From NCBI RefSeq assembly GCF_009914755.1, contig NC_060936.1: a DNA stretch of 64,000 nt; one strand, 5' to 3'. Positions 42,009 through 53,616 of the stretch are shown piece after piece. Source of the DNA: the human T2T-CHM13v2.0 reference genome, Homo sapiens. The first letter of the stretch is position 1, and every line of letters begins with the position of its first letter. The position numbers and the translations under genes were made by a program. The notes below the pieces were generated by a model. The model did no database searches. It had not been told where the DNA came from and was given only the letters and a program-made list of their open reading frames with translations.

Positions 42009-45000
42009 TAAAATCTAATTTCAAGACTCACAATACTTATGTTCTTTAATTGAAAATGGTATTGCTACATTGTTTTCAAATAAAGAGGCAACCAGAGTAT
42101 GCACTAAAAAGTGTAGGAAAAATTACAATAAAGATATGTCAGATACAAATATAGGTTATTTTTCTGGATTTTTTATATTGTTTGTGGTATTTATTAACAT
42201 TTGTTTAATTTATTGTGATTTTTTTCCTCATTCAAAAGAAATATTTGCTTTTACATGTAATATTGTATTTTCAGTTTTGTATTCTTTTTCTTAAAAAAGC
42301 CTTCCCAAACTGTGTAAGCCTTAAGGCTGTATATCCACCTTTGCCTCTAAAGTTGCTCAATGTCATTTGGTGAAGTCATTTCTCCCTCACTAACACACAG
42401 TTCCAGGCTGTCACCATGCAAAGGGCCTAGGATGGTCACTCTCCTTTGCTCTATTATTAAGGTGACTTAGGAATTTGACATTAATTGCTTTCTAGAGGAT
42501 TCAAAATAGAATTTTTTAAACTCAAGCTTCACAGGACCCAAGTATTCTAAAGCACAAGAGTATGATACATCACCCGCTAATAAAACTGACCTCATTTTAA
42601 TATCCTGACTAGAATACTGCAGAATGATATTTAAGTAGTTATTTCTTTATTTACATTTAAAGATAAGCCTTGTCTACATTTAACTTGTTTCCAAAATCAT
42701 GTGTGCTTTCAGTCATCAGCACCAATAATCTGAACTCTTATTAATTTAGAAACATTTCATATAAAATATGGAGATGCCAAAGTATTTTAAATTCTCTCTG
42801 ATATAATTTGAGAGTAGATATAAATAAATGACTCCCTTTGTGATGAAATAAATTATCAAGTCCTCCAATTTAGAATAGCAGAAAAACTAATAACACACAC
42901 ACGCACACACAAAATGCCATATAGTGAAAACATGTGCTTGCTTGAATCAGAAATATAAAAAGGCATTTTACTCTTATATATTACAGCATCAAATTATGTA
43001 TAGAATTGGATATGTATGTGTGGAAGGAAACAGCCAAAACACAGTTCTTGTTTCCTCATCATCCTTCTCTCTGCTTAACCATGGTAGGTTAAGGGAGATA
43101 TCTTACTGGATCCATTATTTCAATACAGATGTCACTAACTTCTCTCAGACGTAGCTTAATTGCTGTTAGTTTCTAATGAAATTTATAATCCCGAGGGAAA
43201 GTGAACCTCCTTCAATGAGGTTCACTAGCTCACTACAGAATACTAAGCAGCACAAATGACTGATACGGACATAATTAATAATACTGCTCCAGAAGAAATT
43301 TATTCCAAAGGATTGGCCAAGAATTAAATGTGTTAGATATTATACAGAATAATATATTTTCTAATCTATCACTATTCTAATGTAATATGCTACAATAATA
43401 TTGATTATTTTTCAAAACATAGACTAAGAATGCCTTATTTGCAACACTAAAATTCATAGTAATTCTGACGCCTGTATTTTGTCATAGCTGCTGAAGTGGA
43501 ATTTTGCCAACCGAGATATGAACAACATTGTTCTTAATGTATAGCAAGATCAAGGGACTTTTTCTTACTGATGTTTATTTTGATAAAATGTTATATAAAA
43601 TGGGAAGCAGAGCAAGATGGCTGAATAGAAGCCACCACTGATCATCCTCCCCACAGGAATACCGAATTTAACAGCTGTTAATATCTTCATTAAAAAAGCA
43701 CCTTCATAAGCACCAAAAATCAGACAAGTGATTGAAGTACCTAGATTTAACTTCATATCACTGGAAGAGGCCCTGAAGAGGGTAGGAAAGACAGTCTTGA
43801 ATTGCCAATGCCACCCCTCCCCACTCCCTGGCAGCAGCCGTGTGGCACACAGAGGGAATGTGTGCACTTAGGGGAGAAAGTGCAGCAATTGTGGGTCCTT
43901 GCATTAGAACTCAGTGCTGCAAACACTGGTTGGAACTCAGTCAATGCCCATGGGGGGAGCATTTAGATTAGCCCTAGCCAGAGGGAAATCACCCATCTCA
44001 TCAGCCAGTACTAGAGTTTTGTCAAGCCTCACCACCACAGGCTAAAGTGCTCTGGAGTTCTAAATAAACTTGAAAGACTGTCTAGGCCACAGTGACTGCA
44101 ACTCCTATGCAAGCACTAGTGCTGTGCTGTGCTTGGAGCCAGTGGACTTGGTGGGCATGAGCCCTAATGAGACACCAGCAGAGGAAGCTAAGGGAGTTTT
44201 TGCATCACCATTCCCCAACATCAGGGCATGATTCACAGCTCCAAAAGAGACCAGTTTCTTCAACTTGAGGATAACAGAAAGAAGAGTAAAGAGGACTTTG
44301 TCTTGCAAATTGGATACCAGCTCAGCCACGGTAGGAGAGGGCACGGGACAGAGTCATAAGACCCACATTCCAGGCCCTAGCTCCTGGATGACATTTCTGG
44401 ACACTTGCTCCCTTGCAAGGAAGGACCCAATCCTGCAGGATTTATTACCACCTGATGACTAAAGAGCCCTTGGTCCCTGAAAATCAGCAGCAGTACTTAT
44501 GCAGTACTCACCATGGGACATGGGTTTGACTCTGGCATGCGCTGACTTCAGGTTTGATCCAGGACAGTTCCAGTGCTGGTGGCCACAGGAGTGATGTGTC
44601 ACCCATCCCCCAGCTCTGGGTGTTCATCACAGAGAGAGACTAGGTTTGTTTGGGAAAAAGTAAAGGAAGAGTGCAAAAGTCTCTTCCTGGTAATCCAGAG
44701 AATTCTTCCAGATCTTATCCAAGATCACCAGGGTGATACCTCTGCCAATTGGTAAGAACCGCAGCATTACTGGACTTGGAGTACCCCCTAATGCAGATAC
44801 AACTGTAGTGAACAAAAACTTAAATTCCAACACCCAAGTCCTTTTGAATACCTGGAAAGCCTTCCAAAGAAGAACAGTTACAAAAAAGTTCAGACTGAAA
44901 AGACTATAATAAAATACTGAACTCTTCAATGGCCAGACACCAACTAACAATCACAAGCATCAAGATGATCCAGGAAAACATGACCTCACCAAACAAACTA

Positions 45001-45073
45001 AATAAGAAATCAGAAACAAATTCTGGAGAGACAAACATATGTTACCTTCCACACAGATAATTCAAAATAGCTG

Positions 45074-45451
45074 TGACAACATTTAGCTCTGTATTCCCAC
45101 CTAAATCTCATGTCAAATTGTCATTCCCAGTGTTGGATAAAGGGCTTGCTGGAAGGTGACTGAATCATGGGTACAGACTTCCCTCTTTCTCTTCTCATGA
45201 TAGAGTTCTCATGAGATCTGGTCATTTGAAAGTGTGTAGCCCCTCCCCTTTCTCTCTCTCTTCCTCCTGCAGGCCATGTAGGATGTGCCAGTTTCCCCTT
45301 CACTTTCCATCATAATCGTAAGTTTCCTGAGGCCTCCAGAGCCATACTTCCTGTACAGCCCGAGGGACTCTGAGTCAATGAAATCTCTTTTCTTTATAAA
45401 TTACCCAGTCTCAGGTAGTTATTTATACTGGCTTGAGAATTAACTAATACA
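45074..45451 (+). mobile_element. Solo MSTA LTR in L1 ORF1
   Basis: TG..CA termini, TSD agctg/agcta. Confidence 0.9.
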
Positions 45452-48144
45452 AGCTATTCTGAGAAAACTTAAAGAAATTCAAGGTAACATAAAGAAGGGA
45501 TTCAGAATTCTAACAGATAAATTTAACAAAGAAATTGAAATAATTAAAAAGAATCAAGTAGAAATTTTGGAGCTGAAAAATGGAAGTGACCTACTGAAGA
45601 ATACATCATGCCTACACGATCTAGAAAATAGCCTTAAAAGGAGAAATCTAAGAATTATTGGTTTTCAAGAGGAGGTAGAAAGATCTAGGTAGAAAGTTTA
45701 TTCAAAAGGATAATAACAGATAACTTCACCAACATAGAGAAAGATATTTAATGCAAAAAAGTTATAGAAGACCAATATTTGAGTACAAGAAGGTTATAGA
45801 AAACCAAGAATATTTAACCCAAAGAAGATTAACTCAAGGCATTTAATAATCAAACTCCTAAAGGTCAAGGATAAGTAAAGGAGTCGAAAAGCAGCGAGAA
45901 AAAAGAAACAAGTAACATAAAGCGGAGCTCCAATACACCTGGCAGCAGACTTTTTAGTGGAAACTTTATAGGCCAGATGAGATTTGCATGACATATTTAA
46001 AGTGCTGAAGGAAAAAAAATAAAACTTTACTCTGGAATAGTACATCTGGCAAAAATATCCTCCAAACATGAAGGAGAAATAAAGACTTTCCCAGATAAAC
46101 AAAAGCTGAGAGATTTCATCAACACCAGACCTCTCCTATGAGAAATGCTAAAGGGAGTTCTTCAAACTGAAAGAAAAGAACATTAATGAGCAATATGAAA
46201 TCAAGTGAAGGTTCAAAACTCATTGGCAATAGTCAGTACACAGAAAAACAGAATATTATAACACTGTAATTTTGGTATATAGACTCCTGATACCTTCAGT
46301 AGAAAGATGAAAAAATGAAATGATAAAAAATAACTACAACTTTTCAAGACACAGTACATTAAGGTTTAAATTGAAAAGACAAAAAGTTTAAAAGCAAGAG
46401 GATGAAATTAAAGTGTAGAGTTTTCTTTAGTTTTCTTTTTGCTTGCTTGTTGTTTTTTTATGCAATCAGTGTTAAGTTGTGGTCAGTTTAAAATAATGGG
46501 TTATAGGATAGTATTTGCAAGCCTTGTGGTAACCCCAAATTGAAAAACATACAATGAATACACAAAAAATTAAAAGCAATAAATTAAAACAAGCCACAAG
46601 AGAAAATTACCTTCACTAAAAAAAAAGACAAGAAGGAAGGAAAGGAGGAGGAGATCAAAAACCAAGCAAAAAACTAACAAAAATGGAAGGAGCAAGTTTT
46701 TACTTATCAATAGTAACATTGAATGCCAATGGAATAAACTCTCCAATCAAAAGACACAAACAGGTTGAATGGATTATAAAAAGCAAGAGCCAACAAACCA
46801 TTATCTACAAGAAACACACTTCACCAATAGAGACACACTTAGATTGAAAATGAAGGGATATAAAAAGATATTCCATGCTGATGGAAATCAAGAAAGAACA
46901 GGAGTAGCTACACTTCTATCAGATAAAATAGAATTTAAGATAAAAGCTATTAAAAAAGACAAGTTCATTTTATGACAAAGGGGTCAATTCAGCAAGAGGA
47001 TATAACAACTTTAAATATTTATGCACCCAACACTGAGGTACTCAGATATATAAAGCAAATCTTGTTAAGGTTAAAGAGAGAGATAGACCCCAATATAATA
47101 ATAGCTGGAGACTTCAGCACCCCACTTTCTGCATTGGTCAGATCTTCCAAACAGAAAATAAGCAAAGAAACATTGGACTTAATCTGCACTATAGAGCAAA
47201 TGAACATCATACATATTTACAGAACATTTCATTCAACAACTGCAGAATACACATTCTTCTCAGCAAATGGATCATTCTAAAGAATGGATGATATGTTAGG
47301 CCACAAAACAAGTCTCAAAGCTTTCAAAAAATTGAAACATTTTCTCTGGCCACAATTGAATACAAGTATAGATCAATAACAAGAGGAATTCTGGAAACTA
47401 TATAAATACTTAGAAAGAAAACAATATTCTCCTGAATGTCTAGTAAGTCAATGAAGAGATGAGGAAGGAAATTGAAAAATTTATTGAAACAAATGATAAG
47501 GAAACAGAACATACCAAAACCTATGGGACAGAGCAAAAACTGTAATAAGAGAGGTTTATAGCTACAAGTGCCTGCATCTAAAAAAGAAAAACTTGAAATA
47601 AACAACCTATCAATGTATATTAAGGAACTAGAAAAGCAAGAGCAAACTGGACCCAAAGTTAGTAGAAGCAAAGAAATAATAAATATTAGAGCAGAAATAA
47701 GTGAAATTGAAATAAAAACAATACCAAAGATTAGTGAGATAAAACTTGTTTTTTTTGAAAAAATAAAAAAAAATTCACAAACCTTTAGCCAGAATAACAA
47801 CAAAAATAGAGAAGGCACAAATAATTAAAATCACAGCTGAAAAAGGAAACATTACAACTGATACCACAGAAATTCAAAGGACCATTGTAGGCTATTATGA
47901 ACAACTATATGCCAATAAATTGGAAAATCTAGAAGAAAAGAATAAGTTCTTAGACACATACAGCCTCCCATGATTGAACCAGGAAGAAATAAAAAACCTG
48001 AACAGATCAATAATAATTAATGAGATTGAAGCTGTAATAAAAAGTCTCCCAGTAAAGAATACCCCAGAATCCTATGGCTTCACTGCTGAATTCTACCAAT
48101 CATTTAAAGAAGTACTAATACCAACCCTACTCAAACTATTTCTA

Positions 48145-50410
48145 TGTATTAATCCATTCTCACATTGATACAAGAAAATATCCAAGACTGAGTAACTTAC
48201 AAAAGAAAGAGGTTTCATTGACTTGCATTTTTATGTGGCTGGGAGGCCTCAGAAAACTTCACAATTATAACGGAAGGCACTTCTTTACAGGGCGGCAGGA
48301 GAGAGAGTGAATGCAAGCAGAGGAAATGCCAGACACTTATAAAACCATCAGCTCTCATGAGAACTTACTATCATGAGGAGAGCATGGAGGTAACTGCCTC
48401 CATGGTCCAATTACCTCCACCAGGTCCCACCATTGATATGTAGGGATTACAGAGATTACAATTCAAGGTGAGATTTGCGTGGGGACACAGAGTCAAACCA
48501 TATAATTCCACCCTGGACCCTCCCAAATCTCATGTCTTTTCACAGTTCAAAACAAATCATGCCTTCCCAACAGTCTCCCAAATTCTTAATTTCAGCACTA
48601 ACTCAAAAGTTCACAGTCCAAAGTTCATCTGAAACAAGGGAAGTCCCTTCTGCCTATGAGCCTGTAAAATCAAAAGCAAGCTAGGTACTTCCTAGATACA
48701 ATGGGGAAACAGGCATTGGGTAAATGCTCCCATTCCAAGTGGAAGAAATGGGCCAAAATAAAGGGGCTACAGGCAAGTAGCACAATTTAATAAGGCAGCA
48801 AGTGTGAGATTTAATAAGGCAGTTATTAAACCTTAAAATTCTTTTGACTCCATGTCTCACATCCAGGTCATGCTGATGCAAAAGGTGGCCCATCCCCAGC
48901 CTTGGGCACCTCCACCCCTGTGGCTTTTCAAGGTACAGCCCCACTCCTGGCTGCTTTCACTGGCTAGTGTTGAGTGTCTGCTGATTTTCCAGGCACACAG
49001 TACAAGCTGTTGGTAGATCTGGCTTTCTGGGGTCAGGAGGATGGTGGCTCTCATCTCACAGCTCCACTAGGCAGTGCCCCTGTGGGGACTCCATGTGAAG
49101 GCTCCAACCCCACATTTCCCTTCCACACTTCCCTATCAGAGGTTCTCCACAAGGGGCTCTGCCCTTGCAGAAGAGTTCAGCCTGGACTTCCAGGTGTTTC
49201 CATACATCATCTGAAATCTAGGCAGAGGATCCCAAACCTCAATTCTTGTCCTCTGTGCACCTGTAGGACCAACACCACATGAAAGCTGCCAAGGCTTGAG
49301 GCTTGCACCCTCTGAAGCAACAGCCTGAGCTGTACCTTGGCCCTGTTTAGCCATGGCTGGAGCAGCTGGGGCACAGAGCGCCAAGCTCTGAGGCTGTACA
49401 CAACAGGGGAGAGGGCATCCCAGAAAACCATTTTTCCCTCCTAGGCCTCCAGGCCTGTAACGGGAGGGGCTGCTGTGAAGGTCTCTGACATGCTCTGAAG
49501 ACATTTTCCCCACTGTCTTGGTGATTGGTATTTGGCTCCTCTTACTTATCCAAATTTCTGCAGCCAGCTTGAATTTCTCCCCAGAAAATGGGATTTTTGT
49601 TTTCTACTGCATTGTCAGGCTGCAAGTTTTCTAAACTTTTATGCTCTGTCACCTCTTGAATTTCTAAGCTTTGCTTCTTAGAAATTTCTCCCACCAGATA
49701 TTCTAAATCATCTCTCTTAAGTTCAAAGTTCCACAGATCTCTAGGGCAGGGGAAAAAAGCCTCCAGTCTCTTTGCTAAAGCATAGCAAGAATGACATTTA
49801 CTCCAGTCCCCAGCAAGTTTCTTGTCTCCTGAGACCACCTCAGCCTGGACTTCATTGTCCATATCACTATCAGCATTTTGGTTAAAGCCATTCAATAAGT
49901 CTCTAGGAGTTTCCAAACTTTCCCATATTTTCCTGTCTTCTTCTGAGTCCTCCAAACTGTTCCAACTTCTGCCTGTTACCCAGTTCCAAAGTCACTTCAA
50001 CATTTTCGGGTATCTTTATAATAGCATCCCACTCTTCATGGTATCAATTTACTGTATTTGTCCATTCTCATGTTGCTATAAGGAAATATCTGAGACTGGA
50101 TAACTTATAAGGGAGAGGGGTTTAATACTCACAGTTCTGATTGACTGGGAAGGCCCCGGGAAACTTAGAATTATGACAGTAGGCACTTCTTCACAGGGTG
50201 GCAGGAGAGAGAATGAGTGCAAATAGGGGAAATGCCAGATGCTTATAAAACCATCAGATCTCACAAGAACTCACTCACTGCCATGAGAACAGCAATGGGA
50301 GAACCACCCCCATGATCCAATTACCTCCACCTGGTCCTGCCTATGTGGCGATTATGGGGATTACAATTCGAGGTGAGATATGGGTGGGGACACAGAGCCA
50401 AACCATATCA
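48145..50410 (-). mobile_element. Full MaLR provirus (THE1D/MSTA-type): LTR 48145-48505, internal 48506-50052, LTR 50053-50410
   Basis: Two direct LTRs, TSD ttcta/tccta, internal ORF remnant EEDRKIWESLE..PRDLLNGF.QNADSDMDNEVQAEVVS (49542-49955). Confidence 0.93.
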
Positions 50411-52172
50411 TCCTATAAATAGAAGAGGAGGGAATTCTTTTAAACTCATTTTATAAGGCCGGTATTACTCATATACCAAAACCAGTCATAAAGGCATTGA
50501 AAAAAAAAACGAACTACACTCCAATATTCCTGACGAACATTGATGCAAGCAACCTCAACCAAATACTAGCAAACAAAATTCAACAGCACATTAAAAAGAT
50601 TATTCAATATGACGAAGTGAGATTTATCTAAGGGATGCAAGGATGTTTCAACATATGAAAATCAGTCAATGTGGCACATCATATAAACAGAATGAAGAAT
50701 AAAAACCATATGATCATTTCAATTGATACTGAAATTGCATTTGATAAAATTCAATATTCCTTCATGAGAAAAACCCTCAAGAAACTGGGGTTAGAAGGAA
50801 CATACCTCAACACAATAAAAGGCATATATGACAGACCCACAGCTAATGTCATACTGGATGGGGGAAAACTGAAAGCCTTTCCTCTAAGATCTGTAATACG
50901 ACAAAGATGCCCACTGTCATGACTATTATTTAATGTAGTACTGGAAGTCCTAGCTAGAGCAGTCAGACATGAGAGATATAAAGGGCATCGAAACTGAAAA
51001 GGAAGAAATCAAATTATTCTTGTTTGAAGATGATATGATTTTATATTTGAAAAAACCTAAACAACCTATTTTCCTTAAAAAATATTGGAACTGATAAGCA
51101 AATTCAGTACAGTTTCAGGATACAAAATCCACATACAAAAATCAGTAACACTCCCATATGCCAACAGCGAACAATCTGAAGAAGAAATCAAGAGAGTAAC
51201 CCCATTTTAAAAAGCTATGAATAAAATTAAATACATAGAAATTAATTGAACCAAAGAAGTGAAAGATTTTTACAATGAAAACTATAAAACACTGATAAAA
51301 CTAATTGAAGAGGGCACAAAAAATGGAAAGATATTCCATGTTCATGAATTGGAAGAATCAATATTGTTAAAATGCCCATACAACCCAAATCCATCTACAT
51401 ATTCCTTGTAATACCTATCAAAATATCAGTGACATTCTTTACAGGAATACAAGAAAAGCCTCCTAAAATTAATATAGAACTGCAAAAGACCCAGAACAGA
51501 AAAAGCAATTCTGAACAAAAGTAACAAAACTAGAGAACTGACATTATCTGACTTCACATTATACTACAGAGCTATAATTACCTAAAAAAACATAGTACTG
51601 GCATAAAAACAGACACATAGACCCATGGAACAAAATAGAAAAACCCAGAAACAAATCCATGCATCTACAGTGAAGTCTTTTTTGAAAAAGTTTCCAACAA
51701 CATACATTGAGGAAAGGAAAGTCTCTTTAATAAATGGTGCTGGGTAAACTGGATATCCATATGTAAAAGGATAAAACTAGACCACTATCTCTCGCCGTAC
51801 ACAAAAATCAAATCAAAATGGATTAAAGACAAATCTAAGACCAAGCTATGAAACTGCTAAAAGAAAACATTGGAGCAACTCGCTAGGACATCGGATTGGG
51901 CAAAGATTTATTGAATAATATTCTACAAGCACAGGCAACCAAAGCAAACATGGACTAATGGGATCACATCAAGTTAAAAAGCTTCTGCACAGCAAAGGAT
52001 ACAATCAACAAAATGAAGAGACAATCCACAGAATGGGAGAAAATATCTGCAAACTATCCACCTGACAAGGGATTAATAACCAGAATATATAAGGAGCTCA
52101 AAAAACTCTATAGAAAAAATCGAATAATCCGATTTTTAAAATGGGCAAAGGATACGAATAGGCATTTCTTAA

Positions 52173-52320
52173 GGAGTGGGGAGGGATAGCATTAGGAGAT
52201 ATACCTAACGTTAAATGACGAGCTAATGGGTGCAGCCCACCAACGTGGCACAGGTATACATGTGTAACTAACCTGCACGTTGTGCACATGTACCCTAAAA
52301 CTTGAAGTATAATTAAAAAA
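52173..52320 (+). mobile_element. Short L1PA4-like 3' terminus with A tail, inserted in L1MA2
   Basis: ggagggatagcattaggagatatacc...gtaccctaaaacttgaagtataat. Confidence 0.9.
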
Positions 52321-53399
52321 AGACATACAAATGGCAAACAGGTATATGAAAAAGTGCTTAACCTAACTGATCATCAGAGAAATGCAAATCAAAACTACAT
52401 TGAGATATTATGTCATCCCAGTTTAAAATGGCTTATAACCAAAAGACAGGCAGTAACAAATGCTGGTGACGATGTGGAGAAAAGGGAACCCTCATACACT
52501 CTTGGTGGGAATGTAAATTAGTACAACCACTATTGAGAGGAGTTTGGAGTTTTCTCAAAAAAAACCTCAAAGCAGAATTACTATAAAATCCAGCAATTTT
52601 ACTGCTAGGTATATACCCAAAAGAAAGAAAATCAGTGTATTGAAGAACTATCTGCCCTCCCAGGTTTATTGCAGCACTATTCACAATAGCTAAGATTTTG
52701 AAGCAACCTAAGTGTCAGGTATGTATACACAATGGAGTAGTATTCAGCCATAAAGAGGAATGAGATTTTGTCATTTATAACATGGATGGAACTGGAGGTC
52801 TTTTTGTTAAGTGAAATAAGTCAGGCACAGAAAGACATAAAGTCACATGTTTTCATGTATGTACGGGAGCTAAAAATTAAAACAATTGAACTCATAGAGA
52901 GAGTAGAAGGATGGTTACCAGAGGCTGGGAAGGGTAGTAAGGAGTGTAAAAGGAACAGTTGGTGATTAATGGGTACAAAAACATAGAAAGAATGAATAGA
53001 TCAATATTTGGCAATACAACAGGGTGACTATAATCAATAATAATTTAATTCTACATTTTACAATAACTAAAAGGGTATAGTTGGATTATTTGTAACAAAG
53101 GATAAATGCTCCAGGTGATGGATATCTCATTTACCCTGATGTGATTATTATACATCATATGACTGTATCAACATATCCCATATCACATAAATATGTATAA
53201 CTACTATGTACCCATAAAAACTAAAAAACTAAAATTGAAAAAAATTACATTCTAAAAATATTATATAAGGCTAATCTTTTTATTTAATTTCAAATGTATT
53301 CATTGTGTTCCTAATTATATCCTCAATATTTCCATGTGTTTAGTAAGTTTATTCATCCATCAATATAATTTTTTTCAGCATTATAAAAGTATGTAGAAT

Positions 53400-53616
53400 A
53401 AAATGGCACATATACATCATGGAATACTATGCAGCCATAAAAAATGATGAGTTCATGTCCTTTGTAGGGACATGGATGAAGCTGGAAACCATCATTCTCA
53501 GCAAACTATCGCAAGGACAAAAAACCAAACATCGCATGTTCTCTCCCATAGGTGGGAATTGAACAATGAGAACACTTGGACACAGGAAGGGGGACATCAC
53601 ACACTGGGGCCTGTTG
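53400..53616 (+). mobile_element. L1PA4-like fragment (ORF2 end + proximal 3'UTR), no poly(A)
   Basis: ggaatactatgcagccataaaaaatgatgag...ggtgggaattga...ggggcctgttg, then an abrupt junction. Confidence 0.9.

Larger units (their letters stand above)
43602..53245 (+). mobile_element. Full-length L1MA2/L1MA3-type LINE-1 (degenerate) with three nested insertions
   Basis: 5' gggaagcagagcaagatggctg, ORF1, EN (LNIYAPN, IIAGDFSTPLS), RT, L1MA2-type 3'UTR; TSD aaaat(g/a)ttatataa at 43585-43598 and 53255-53268. Confidence 0.92.
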
